Part shown: positions 19,351-28,796 of the stretch, piece after piece
Position numbering within the stretch: the first letter of the stretch is position 1
Layout: each line of letters starts with the position of its first letter
Origin: Candidatus Binataceae bacterium
GTDB lineage: Bacteria; Desulfobacterota; Binatia; Binatales; Binataceae
Reading direction: 5' to 3'
Assembly (NCBI GenBank): GCA_035493515.1
Contig: DATJID010000035.1
Location: 43,422 to 107,421 of the forward strand
Length of the DNA: 64,000 bases
The notes under the pieces: generated by a model
The model's input: the letters and a program-made list of their open reading frames with translations, nothing else
What the model was told of the DNA's origin: nothing
The model's database searches: none
Program-made: the position numbers and the translations under genes

Positions 19351-19725
19351 GTGAATTGCGCGCGAATTGCGATGACCGCGACAGAACCGGATAACCAGGG
19401 TGCGCTATTCGTATATGGCTCGTTGCTCGACGAGGCACATCGCACGGCCTTGCTCGGGCGCGAGGTCGCCTGGGCACCCGCGCGGCTTGCGGGCTACGAA
19501 CGCCGCCGAGGCCGCTACTTCTATATCGTCGCGCGCGCGGGGGCCGAGGTCGCCGGGGTGGTGCTCAACGGACTTGGCGAGCGCGATTTCACCGTGCTCG
19601 ATCGTTACGAGGAAGTTCCGAAGCTCTATACTCGGGTGACGATCGAAGTCGCGGCGGCTGGCGGCGTGGCGCTTCGATGCTGGGTTTACCTGCCTACGCC
19701 GGCCCTGCTCACACCCGAAACTTGA
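19351..19725 (+). CDS. gamma-glutamylcyclotransferase (AIG2/GGCT)-like protein
   Basis: ALFVYGSLLDE...VLDRYEE matches the GGCT fold signature (YGSL, E in the C-terminal half). Confidence 0.6.
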   Translation: MNCARIAMTATEPDNQGALFVYGSLLDEAHRTALLGREVAWAPARLAGYERRRGRYFYIVARAGAEVAGVVLNGLGERDFTVLDRYEEVPKLYTRVTIEVAAAGGVALRCWVYLPTPALLTPET

Positions 19726-19739
19726 ACGTGCGCAGCCCC

Positions 19740-21161
19740 TCAGGCTTTGATGTCGGTCGGCTGCGGGCGCCCGTCGGGCTTTTTGATTCCAAATTTGTCC
19801 AGCCGGTATTGCAGCGTGCGATAACTCATCCCGAGCATCTTGGCCGCCTTGGCGATTACCCACTCGGCGCGTTCCATCGCCTGCAAAATCAGATCGCGTT
19901 CGAGATTTTCGAAATTGATTCCCTCGGCCGGCATTTCGAAACGCTCTCCGCGCGCGCGCTCGGCCGGACGCGCAGGCATCTTGCGGGCGAGGACTTCCTG
20001 CGGCAGGTCATGGGGCATAATACGGTCGCCCTCGCACAGGAGGAGCGCGCGTTCGATCGCCGATTCGAGCTGGCGCACATTGCCCGGCCACGAATAGTCG
20101 AGCAGCACCTCCATCGCCTCGCGGCTGATTTCCTTGACCCGGTCGTGCGCCAGGTGGGCAAAGCGATGCTTGAGGGCGTTCTCCGCCAGCAGCGGGATGT
20201 CCGAGCGGCGGTCGCGCAGCGGCGGCAGCGTGATGGTGACGACGTTGATGCGATAGTAGAGGTCCTCGCGAAAGCGTCCCTGGTTGACTTCCTCGGCCAG
20301 CTCGCGGTTGGTGGCTGCGACCAGGCGGACGTCGACCCGAATCGACTCGTTGCCGCCGACGCGGCGCAGTTCGCGCTCCTGCAAGACGCGCAGGAGCTTG
20401 GCCTGGAGGCTGATGTTGAGGTCGGCAATCTCGTCGAGAAAGAGCGTTGACTTGTCCGCGCTCTCGATGAGTCCGATCTTGCGTTCGTTGGCTCCGGTAA
20501 AGGCTCCGCGTTCGTGGCCGAAGAGTTCGTTTTCGATCAGGCTGTCGGGAATCGCCGAGCAGTTGATCGCTACGAATGGCCGCGCCGCGCGCGGCGAGAG
20601 CTTGTGGATCGCGCGCGCGATCACTTCCTTGCCGGTGCCGCTCTCGCCCTGGATAAGCACCGTCGAATACGACGGCGCGACCTTGCGCACCACGCGAATC
20701 ACGTCCTCGATGGCCGGATGCTGTCCCACGATGCCTTCGACCTGGAATTTGCCCTCCAGCCGCCGGCGCAGCAGTATGTTCTCCTGCGCGAGGCTCGCGA
20801 ACTCAGCCGCCTTGCCTACCGTCATCACCAGCTTGTCGCGATCGGTCGGCTTGGTCAGGTATTCGAAGGCGCCGCTTTTGGTCGCCTTGACCGCGCTCTC
20901 GATAGTGCCGTGCGCGGTCAGCAGCACGACCTGGCTGGCCGGATAGGTCTGACGCACCGCGCCAAGGAGTTCTTCGCCGGTCATTCCGGGCATCATCAGG
21001 TCGGTCAACACCACGTCGAAGCTGCCGAGCGCGAGCTGTTCCATCGCGCGTTTGCCGTTAGGCGCCTCGTCGACCAGAAAGCCTTCCTCGCGCAGCGTCT
21101 CGACGGTTATCTGCCGCTCCAGGTCGTTGTCTTCGACCACCAGCACGGAAGGTTGGCTCAT
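19740..21161 (-). CDS. sigma-54-dependent response regulator, NtrC family
   Basis: Receiver domain (VLVVEDND...[14 protein letters not shown]), AAA+ sigma-54 activator ([21 protein letters not shown]) and C-terminal HTH. Confidence 0.85.
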   Translation of the reverse strand: MSQPSVLVVEDNDLERQITVETLREEGFLVDEAPNGKRAMEQLALGSFDVVLTDLMMPGMTGEELLGAVRQTYPASQVVLLTAHGTIESAVKATKSGAFEYLTKPTDRDKLVMTVGKAAEFASLAQENILLRRRLEGKFQVEGIVGQHPAIEDVIRVVRKVAPSYSTVLIQGESGTGKEVIARAIHKLSPRAARPFVAINCSAIPDSLIENELFGHERGAFTGANERKIGLIESADKSTLFLDEIADLNISLQAKLLRVLQERELRRVGGNESIRVDVRLVAATNRELAEEVNQGRFREDLYYRINVVTITLPPLRDRRSDIPLLAENALKHRFAHLAHDRVKEISREAMEVLLDYSWPGNVRQLESAIERALLLCEGDRIMPHDLPQEVLARKMPARPAERARGERFEMPAEGINFENLERDLILQAMERAEWVIAKAAKMLGMSYRTLQYRLDKFGIKKPDGRPQPTDIKA

Positions 21162-22627
21162 GTACGTCTCCCTGGCGCGCCGAACGGCAGAATAAAAGTC
21201 ACCATCGTGCCTCGTCCGGCCGGGTTCGCGCCAATCCGGATGGTGCCGCCGTGACGCTCGACGATCGCTCGCGAGAAAAACAGGCCCAGGCCGATGCCCT
21301 CGCGCTTGGTGGTGAAGAATGGCTCGAAGACATGGCTTGCGACCTCGGGATCGATGCCCGCGCCGGTGTCGGAGAAGGTTATCACTTCGTTGTCGCCGTC
21401 ACGCTTGAACGCGATGTCGAGCTCGCCCCCTTCAGGCATCGCCTGGATCGCATTGGCCACCACGTTGATGAAACAGGCGTGAAGCTTCTCAGCGTCGACG
21501 TTGAGAATAACTGGTGCGTCGGCACCCTGCTGCAGGGCCTGGATCGACTGGCTGCGCAGCTTCGAATCCGACAGTTCCAGAACATTACCGACCAGCGCGC
21601 GCACGTCGGTGGGCGCGGGATGAACCTCTACCGGGCGGCCATAGTTGAGAAAACTCTGGATCAGCTCGGAGAGGCGATGGACCTCGTCCTTCATTACTCC
21701 GAGCTGGCGGCGATAGTTGTCCTGGTCGCTCTGAAGCTGCGGCGCGTACCGCGCGCGTAGCTGGTCGATCGCGAGGCTGATGAAATTGAGCGGATTCTTT
21801 ATCTCGTGCGCCAGCGCGCCGGCTAGCTGGCCGAGTGCCGTGAAGCGCTCCAGCCGGTTAAGTTCGGCTTCGCGCTCGCGCGCGCTGCGCAACTGGTCAA
21901 CCATCTCGTTGAAACTGCGGGTGAGCAGTCCGATTTCGTCGCGCCGATGAGCCGCGGGCACGGGTTCGAGGCCGCGGGCGGCGATATTTTGCGCCGCGGC
22001 CGCGACCGCGTGGATCGGCTCAACGTAGCGGTCGGCCAGCACGTACGAGAAAACCAGCCCGATCGCGAAAATCGCCAGCGCCACCGTCAACAGATGGATC
22101 CGATGCTCCTTCAGCGGCCGCGCGAAATCGGCAAAGTCGGCCACCACCTGGACGTATCCGAGCAGATGGTCCTCGACCTCGACCGGGATGAGATAGACGG
22201 TCTGCTCGCCAGCCGGGCCGACCGTGAAGGCCGGCACCGAGAGCGGGTCACCGCCGTGGACGCCGGTTTGCGTTGACACGTTGCGCACGGTGCCGCGGTT
22301 GATCGCTTCACCGATCAGCGCCGGGTTGGAGCTGTTGATGATCAGGTCCTTGCTCGAGGCAATCGAGACCTCGAGTCCATTGGTGTGCAGCGAGTTGACG
22401 TAGTTCTGCAAGCGATCCCGATCGAAACTGCCGACCGAGGTCAACTCCTGCACGCTTATCTGAATCGCGCTCGCCAGTTCTTTAACGTTGTCCTGGGTCG
22501 CCTCAACGATGCGCGACTGGGTGTTGAGACTGACCAGCAACTCGGCGCCGAGCGTCAGCCCGAGCAGCACCACCATCAGCGCCATCAGCTTGGCTTTGAG
22601 ATTCAGCGCCGGAAGTCTGAATTCCAT
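21158..22627 (-). CDS. sensor histidine kinase
   Basis: N-terminal TM, HisKA H-box (ALAHEIKNPLNFISLAID) and HATPase_c (DTGAGIDPE, GIGLGL). Overlaps the NtrC-family gene by 4 nt. Confidence 0.8.
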   Translation of the reverse strand: MEFRLPALNLKAKLMALMVVLLGLTLGAELLVSLNTQSRIVEATQDNVKELASAIQISVQELTSVGSFDRDRLQNYVNSLHTNGLEVSIASSKDLIINSSNPALIGEAINRGTVRNVSTQTGVHGGDPLSVPAFTVGPAGEQTVYLIPVEVEDHLLGYVQVVADFADFARPLKEHRIHLLTVALAIFAIGLVFSYVLADRYVEPIHAVAAAAQNIAARGLEPVPAAHRRDEIGLLTRSFNEMVDQLRSAREREAELNRLERFTALGQLAGALAHEIKNPLNFISLAIDQLRARYAPQLQSDQDNYRRQLGVMKDEVHRLSELIQSFLNYGRPVEVHPAPTDVRALVGNVLELSDSKLRSQSIQALQQGADAPVILNVDAEKLHACFINVVANAIQAMPEGGELDIAFKRDGDNEVITFSDTGAGIDPEVASHVFEPFFTTKREGIGLGLFFSRAIVERHGGTIRIGANPAGRGTMVTFILPFGAPGRRT

Positions 22628-22713
22628 ATTGAGTCTGAAGCGGGCGAAGGGTCACGGGTCGCGCCCATCGTTCATGCGCGGCCGCGTGGCGCCAAAATGC
22701 ATCAGGCGGCCTT

Positions 22714-23325
22714 CTAGGTAGGGGTTTCTCCGCGCTCTCGCGTGAACATCAGCATGCGCATCGCGATGACCCCGAGCGACAGCGCCATCACTACCCAGAC
22801 CATTTTCTCCACTCCGCCGATATAGTGCAGCACAACCTCAAGTTCGTTGCCAAAGAGGTAGCCTAGCGTGACCACGATCGGCACCGAGATCACGGCGCCG
22901 GCCAAATCGTACAGAAAAAAACGCAGCGGACTGACTCCCAGCGATCCCGCAGTGAGGTAGACCAGCGCGCGCAGGCCGGCGATGAAGCGTGCGTACAGGA
23001 TCGCCCGATGGCCGTAGCGCCGCATGAATTCCTTGAGCTTATCGATCTGGCGTTGCGAGCGCGGTCGCCCGATGCCGAGGTAAGTTACCAGCCCGGTGCC
23101 AAAGCGCCGCCCGAGAAAAAACAGCGAGTTGTCGCCGGCGACTACGCCGACCAGCGCGACCGCGAGCGTCATCGGGTACTGGATGACTCCGCGGTGCACC
23201 AGGAAACCGCCCGCGAGCAGTGCGACATCCTCGGGTATGGGCAGGCCCATCCCGCACAAAATCAAAACTGCCAGCAGTCCAGCATAGGTGAAATGCTGGA
23301 TATACGCCGAAACCAGACCCGCCAA
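22714..23325 (-). CDS. DedA/SNARE-associated family membrane protein
   Basis: LPIPEDVALLAGGFL motif; multi-TM; 203 aa. Confidence 0.75.
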   Translation of the reverse strand: MAGLVSAYIQHFTYAGLLAVLILCGMGLPIPEDVALLAGGFLVHRGVIQYPMTLAVALVGVVAGDNSLFFLGRRFGTGLVTYLGIGRPRSQRQIDKLKEFMRRYGHRAILYARFIAGLRALVYLTAGSLGVSPLRFFLYDLAGAVISVPIVVTLGYLFGNELEVVLHYIGGVEKMVWVVMALSLGVIAMRMLMFTRERGETPT

Positions 23326-23328
23326 GCG

Positions 23329-23772
23329 TCAATTCCCCTGAGCGTAATGCTCGCGCAGTACGCGGCGAATCTGTTCGACTGGCAGCCCTTCGTCCGCCAA
23401 CTTGGCCGCCTCCAGCGCTTCGCCGGTGCAGATCGGGCAATGGCCGCCGTGCTCGTCGCGATAACAGTCGAGCAGGCTCTGATGGCCGATTTCTTTATCG
23501 CATCCGCAGTAGCAATGAAGTTGTGCCAGCAGCGCCGGGTTTTTCTCGGCGACCTCGTAGGCCTGCCGCGCCGCTCCGTTAAAGCGCGCGGGATCGAGCG
23601 TCAGGCGCTCGCCCTTGGCGGTGGCGCCCGAAGGATCGGCCGCCGAGCGCATCGTCCACGCGGCCGCGCCGATCGAGACGATCGCGACCGCAGCCAGCAC
23701 CGCGATGATCCATCTTCGGTTGCTTCGATGGCGGCGTTTGCCGCCGCCCGAAGGATTGTTGGTCTTGGGCAT
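23329..23772 (-). CDS. membrane-anchored PCYCGC-motif domain protein (PF13798-like)
   Basis: Start MPKTNNPSGG at 23772, then an N-terminal TM and HCYCGCD...HCPICT Cys/His cluster. The upstream part of the track ORF has no coding character. Confidence 0.5.
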   Translation of the reverse strand: MPKTNNPSGGGKRRHRSNRRWIIAVLAAVAIVSIGAAAWTMRSAADPSGATAKGERLTLDPARFNGAARQAYEVAEKNPALLAQLHCYCGCDKEIGHQSLLDCYRDEHGGHCPICTGEALEAAKLADEGLPVEQIRRVLREHYAQGN

Positions 23773-23795
23773 ATGCTCACCAGATACCGGCAATA

Positions 23796-24521
23796 CTATA
23801 GCATTTCCACGACCTGCGGGTCGCGCCGGACGAAACTGTAAAGCGCGGCCGGACGATGGGCGCCGCGGCGTGTGGCCGGCAGGCGGCGCAGGATTCCCAT
23901 CGAGAGAATCCGTCGGCGAAAATTGCGCCGATCGATCGGGCGCTTCAGGATCATTGCGTACAGCGCCTCCAGTTCGGCGAAAGTAAAGGTCGCAGGCAGC
24001 AGGTTGCACGCGATGTTGGTGTACTCGAGCTTCGCCTTGAGCCTTGCCAGCGCATACTCCGCCATCTGCTGATGATCATATGCAAGCGCGGGCAGTGCCG
24101 AAACCTCGAACCAGCGACCATCGAGATACTTGCCGCCCGGCGCCGCCGCGCTGCGCGCATCGGCGATCAGTGCCATGTATGCCACCGAAACCACATGGGC
24201 GCGCGGATCGCGCGACGGATCGCCGAAGGTGAAAAGCTGCTCCAGGTAGGCTTCGCGGATGCCGGTTGAGGCGAATAGCTCGCGATGCGCAGCCTCGTCC
24301 AGCATCTCACCCATCCGCACCAGGCCGCCCGCGAAAGCCCATCGCTCACGCACCGCGCCGCGCCGCAGCTGCACCAGGTAGGTCTTGAGCCCCCCGCTTT
24401 CGACCGCGAACACCACCGTGTCGACCGCGACCTTGGGCCGCGCGACGCGCCGGCTGCGCGCGGCGCCCAGGCCGGCCGGCGGGCGAACGCTTCTCGATGG
24501 CGGTGGCGACTCGGAGTTCAC
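23796..24521 (-). CDS. Nudix hydrolase fused to C-terminal winged-helix domain (NrtR-like regulator)
   Basis: Nudix box region (RERWAFAGGLVRMGEMLDEAAHRELFASTGI), then a C-terminal wHTH-like segment (FTFAELEALYAMILKRPIDRRNFRRRILSMGIL). Confidence 0.6.
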   Translation of the reverse strand: MNSESPPPSRSVRPPAGLGAARSRRVARPKVAVDTVVFAVESGGLKTYLVQLRRGAVRERWAFAGGLVRMGEMLDEAAHRELFASTGIREAYLEQLFTFGDPSRDPRAHVVSVAYMALIADARSAAAPGGKYLDGRWFEVSALPALAYDHQQMAEYALARLKAKLEYTNIACNLLPATFTFAELEALYAMILKRPIDRRNFRRRILSMGILRRLPATRRGAHRPAALYSFVRRDPQVVEML

Positions 24522-24560
24522 CGGCGCAAGTATATCCGCCGGATTGCGCCTCGTTCAAAG

Positions 24561-26702
24561 TCAGCGCGTGCAGTTGATATACGTCCAGCAGGCGTCGAAC
24601 TCCATGCGGGGGCCGAACAAGGTATCGATTGCCTGCCGGATCAGCGAGAGCCGGTCGGCAATCGCCTCCGCAGTTGGCGCCCGCCCATCGACTTTCTCAT
24701 TGCCACCGACCCATCCGAGAACCGCGTCGTGGTAGGCGCTCAGGAATTCGTACCAGTCGTCGACCCGCGCCCGGATATTGTGCTCGGTCACGCTCTCAAT
24801 CTGAAAACCGGCGCTCCTTAGAGTGTTGAGGTAAAAATCGAGCCGCCGCGGTTCAACGAATACGCGATTGCGAAACGCGCTGTGAGCCTCCATCCGTTCG
24901 CCGTCGTCGAGAACGGATCTATATGCCACATAGCGTGGGTCGCTGCGGACGATTCCCTCGGCAAGATCATTTATGACCCATACCGTTTCATCGAGAATCC
25001 ATTGATTCGGCTTCGCTCGCGGATTGCGGATATTTCCGGAGTTGATAAACAGTTCGCCGCCCGGGCGCAGAACCGAAGCCCAGGCCGCGGCGGTCTCCTC
25101 GAAGTCAGTATAGAGATGGACCGCATTGGTGCACGCAATCTTGTCGATTCCGCGCTGCAGCAGCGCCGGACTCAGCACCTCGCCGATTCGTTGCAGCCGT
25201 TTCTCATCTTTCAGAAAACGCAGCAGGCGAAACGCTACGCGAGGATCGGTGGCGAACTTCTCGACTGCGACCCGCAAAAACCGCGGCGAGCTGTCGACGA
25301 TGAGGATGCCGGCGCCGCGGTCGAAAATCCTCAACTTCAGACGATCCAGGAGAATTCCGGTGCCACCCGAATAATCCACCATGATGTCGTTTTCTTTCAG
25401 ATTGGTGGCCAGGTCATCGACGATCGGATCGAGGTTTCCATACCAGCCGTGGCGCTCCACCTTGTCGTAGGCGAGGCCAAAACGTTCCACGGGCTGATGG
25501 GTCCAATCTTCGTCAGGTATCCGATCAAAACCGCCCGGCCATGCGAACGAGGCGTGCTGGTCGGCGGACGAAACCACCGGCTGCGCCACGCCGGCATGCA
25601 GCCTGAGCAGATCAGGGACGATCCGTTCGGGTTGGCGGCCCCATCCGCACACGGTGGCCGCGCCGAACCGGTCAACGTAGGAGCGCGCCATCCGGATTCG
25701 CTTGAAAGCTCCTTCTAGTCCATCCGATGGATCGATTACTCCAAGGTAAAGCTCGGTCTCCGGACGCAGCGTGAGGCCGGCCAGCGGCGAGAAGTACGAT
25801 TGTTCAGCATTGACCGGCACCGGCATGTGCAGCCAGTTGAGCGGGCGGTCCAGGCTGCCTGCCAGTGCGTTGGCGATTTCAACCAGCTTGCGCGCGTCCT
25901 TCGCCGGGGTGTGGCGATGGCGCCCGTCGCCGTAACACAGGTGATAGCCCAGTTCGACCGCGGCCGGGATTCGGCGGCTCAGCCGCAACAGCCGCTCCAT
26001 GATGCCCGCGCGCACGTCGCCGAACCATGCCGGCACCGAGCCCTCGAGCATCCCGAACTCGACATTGGTGTCCCACTGAATCGCCAGTTGATCGGCGGGA
26101 ACCGCGCGTATGATGAGCGCGACCTCCTCGAGCATTCGCGCTTCATAGATCGGTTCGACGGCGCCCTGCGCGTCGCTCGCGACGAAGGCGCTGATCGGCG
26201 CGAGCGGCGTCGGCAGCGAGACCTGGAACCGGCAATGCCCGGGTATTATACCGTCGCGCTTGAGCGTCGCGAACAGGCGGTAAGACGCGATCGCCGTCTG
26301 CGCGTAGCCGAGCCGCTCGAAGGCGATATCCGCCGCCGAGACCCCTTCGCCAAGCCGCAGCCGCGGCAGCGCCCGATAATGGTCAGGTCCCGGAGGGCAG
26401 ATCTCGAATTCCGGCCGCGAACTGAGGACCGGATACTGCCAGATGATCCAGTCGGCGCGCGGACCCGTCTCGCCATCCGGGATGCGTCGAAGGCGGTCGC
26501 CGAGTTCGGCGGTCACCCGCCGAAACACCTGTTCCGCATCCGCCAGCGGGATGCTGCCGACCAGGTGAACCCCGGAAGCCAGAGGTCCGTCGCGTAACGC
26601 CTCGGAAGATTCGGAAGATTCGGAAGATTCGGAAGATTCGGAAGAGGTTTTAGGAGATGACTCAGAGAATGATTCGGATGAAGATTCAACCGACTTCGGC
26701 AT
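24561..26702 (-). CDS. fusion protein: MetE-like (cobalamin-independent methionine synthase/UroD-like) Zn-methyltransferase domain + class I SAM-dependent methyltransferase domain; Ser/Glu repeat N-terminus
   Basis: N-terminal half has an HxC zinc-ligand motif (LGYHLCYGDGRH) in a MetE-like context. C-terminal half has SAM-MTase motif I (MVDYSGGTGILLDRL) and post-I (GILIVDSS...RPGGELFIN). Residues 8-35 are an SES/ESS repeat. Confidence 0.7.
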   Translation of the reverse strand: MPKSVESSSESFSESSPKTSSESSESSESSESSEALRDGPLASGVHLVGSIPLADAEQVFRRVTAELGDRLRRIPDGETGPRADWIIWQYPVLSSRPEFEICPPGPDHYRALPRLRLGEGVSAADIAFERLGYAQTAIASYRLFATLKRDGIIPGHCRFQVSLPTPLAPISAFVASDAQGAVEPIYEARMLEEVALIIRAVPADQLAIQWDTNVEFGMLEGSVPAWFGDVRAGIMERLLRLSRRIPAAVELGYHLCYGDGRHRHTPAKDARKLVEIANALAGSLDRPLNWLHMPVPVNAEQSYFSPLAGLTLRPETELYLGVIDPSDGLEGAFKRIRMARSYVDRFGAATVCGWGRQPERIVPDLLRLHAGVAQPVVSSADQHASFAWPGGFDRIPDEDWTHQPVERFGLAYDKVERHGWYGNLDPIVDDLATNLKENDIMVDYSGGTGILLDRLKLRIFDRGAGILIVDSSPRFLRVAVEKFATDPRVAFRLLRFLKDEKRLQRIGEVLSPALLQRGIDKIACTNAVHLYTDFEETAAAWASVLRPGGELFINSGNIRNPRAKPNQWILDETVWVINDLAEGIVRSDPRYVAYRSVLDDGERMEAHSAFRNRVFVEPRRLDFYLNTLRSAGFQIESVTEHNIRARVDDWYEFLSAYHDAVLGWVGGNEKVDGRAPTAEAIADRLSLIRQAIDTLFGPRMEFDACWTYINCTR
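26603..26647 (-). repeat. in-frame 9-bp simple-sequence repeat (cggaagatt ×4-5) encoding (SES)n at the N-terminus of the MetE-like/MTase fusion
   Basis: Plus strand reads cggaagattcggaagattcggaagattcggaagattcggaagagg; on the minus strand this encodes SSESSESSESSE. Confidence 0.8.
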
Positions 26703-27026
26703 CTGTCCTCTCCTTCGGTCTGCTAATCGCTCCTCACAACAACTTTGACTACAGGTGGATTCCTCGCACTTGCGGCCAGCGCCAATCGATCTTCCCCTAA
26801 ACTTAAGTATATGCGCGAAGCGGGTCTTCGCTCAAAAGAAAGAAAGGAGCGCAACGGTTCCTAGGACCGCCGAGTGTAGGCTGCAGCGGGCCACCAACCG
26901 CCGCGACGAGACGCTCGCGGCTGCTCGCCGACATCGACAACTGCTTCGCCTAAGGCTTCGACGCCACCGACCTCAAAGATGCACGGGGGCTGCTCGAACA
27001 GCTCAGCCAATAGCCTGCGCTCCTAC

Positions 27027-28052
27027 CTACGCGCCCAACTCGAGCATCCGCTCCAGCGCGCGGCGCGCGCCCTCGCGCACATCTTCGGGAAGTTCTATCT
27101 CGAAGCGCAGATTACGCAAGGAGTCGAGCGTGCCGCCGAGCGTGATCATCTTCATATAGCGGCAGAGCTTGCACGCCTTATAGAAGTGCTTGTTGGGAAT
27201 TTCCATCAGCAGCCGGTCCGACAGTCCGCACTCGGTCACCACCAGGAACTTGTCGGCGTCGCTGGTTTCGGCATAGCGCACCATCGCGCTGGTCGAGAGC
27301 ACCGCGTCGGCCAGACGCAACACGTCGGTCCGGCATTCGGGATGGGCCAGGACCTTGATTCCGGGAATCGAGCGTTTGACCTTCTCGACCTCCTCGGCGG
27401 TTATCTGATGATGCACGTAGCAGTTGCCGTCCCATGAGATGATCTTCTTGCTGCTCTGGCTCTGCACGTAGTTGGCGAGGTTCTGGTCGGGGACGAACAG
27501 CACGTGCTCGGAGTCAATCGCCTCGACCACTTTAAGCGCGTTGGCGGAAGTGCAGCAGGCGTCCGACTCGGCCTTAACGTCGGCCGTGCAGTTGACGTAG
27601 GAGACGACCTTGAGGTCGGGATATATCTCGCGCAACTCGGCCTTGCGTTCGGCCAGCGCTTCTGCCGTGACGCTCTCCGCCAGCGAGCATCCGGCCCGCA
27701 GGTCCGGCAGCAGCACCATCCGCTCGGGATTGAAAACCTTGGCGGTCTCGGCCATGAAATGGACGCCGCAAAATACGATAATTCCGGCCTCGCGCACCTC
27801 GCGCGCCTTGTATGCAAGTTCCAGCGAGTCGCCGATGAAGTCGGCAACCTCGAATATTTCGGGACGCTGGTAGTTGTGCGCGAGCACCACGGCGCCGCGC
27901 TCGGCCTTGAGCCGGTTGATTTCGTCGATCTGGGCGGCGTAGCGCTCGCAAGCCGCGAGATCGTAGCCGTCCTGTCCCAGGGCGGCGAGCTTGCGATGTA
28001 GCCGCGCGGCGGCAACGGAGCTGGTGGTCGAGGGCTGAACTTCAAGCGTCAT
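27027..28052 (-). CDS. nadA: quinolinate synthase
   Basis: VLAHNYQRPEI, VFCGVHFMAETAKV, C-x-x-C-x-x-x... NadA motifs; 341 aa. Confidence 0.85.
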   Translation of the reverse strand: MTLEVQPSTTSSVAAARLHRKLAALGQDGYDLAACERYAAQIDEINRLKAERGAVVLAHNYQRPEIFEVADFIGDSLELAYKAREVREAGIIVFCGVHFMAETAKVFNPERMVLLPDLRAGCSLAESVTAEALAERKAELREIYPDLKVVSYVNCTADVKAESDACCTSANALKVVEAIDSEHVLFVPDQNLANYVQSQSSKKIISWDGNCYVHHQITAEEVEKVKRSIPGIKVLAHPECRTDVLRLADAVLSTSAMVRYAETSDADKFLVVTECGLSDRLLMEIPNKHFYKACKLCRYMKMITLGGTLDSLRNLRFEIELPEDVREGARRALERMLELGA

Positions 28053-28796
28053 CTATTAAGACCTCAAGGGGCGGGCGCACTGCGGTAGTTCCGGATGCGC
28101 CTGTTTTACGGCTGTTTGAAGATTGTCTGAAATCCCGTACTTTGCGTCAATTTGACATTTAGTCTATCAACAGGTCCGCCGCGTCCGCAAGGGCAGGATG
28201 CCGGCGCGCCGGGGGTTACGCAGGCGCACTCGGCCGGGGCGTCGATGCAAGCTGTTCCTGCCGCGTCTCAGCGAGCTTCACCAGCCGAGACTTGGTCACA
28301 AGTTGCCAATCCGGAAGGGTCGGCTGCGAACGGTATGTGATTTGCTCATACATCCGTACCGTGAGGTCGCCAATGCACAAATCGATAACCGGATCGCCCA
28401 TCGTCATCGTCGTGCAACCGACCCTCATCGATGAGGTCGAGCTACGTTCGATCATGCTTTTCATCTTACTGTCGTTGGCTTTCATCGCGATCCTGACCCT
28501 TCGCGCGCATGTGCTCGCCCCGCTCGGCGCAAACGCTGCTGCGCTCGCGCCGGGGGCGCCTTTAACCGCGCTCGCCGTCAAATCTTCGTCGCCGCGGCCG
28601 GATTTCTGACGCTCTGGTTTCTGGATGCTTTGCGCGCCGCGCTGAGAGCGCGCTTGGGCTCCGGCCGGCACTCGCGGCGCTCGATCATCCGGGTTGGCAG
28701 CCGCCCGATTCCTTCTGTTAGTCTCTCGCCGCAAGCGGGCGCCTGGGCGCCCGCCGATTCTCAACATCATCTGTGACTGCGGAAAGGAATTGCGCG

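Noticed and set aside
26703-27026. Looked for an S-box/SAM riboswitch or terminator between the MetE-like fusion gene and nadA
   Set aside because: Only a short hairpin (gcgaag..cttcgc) was found, with the T-tract on the wrong side for either gene. No riboswitch-like conserved stems.
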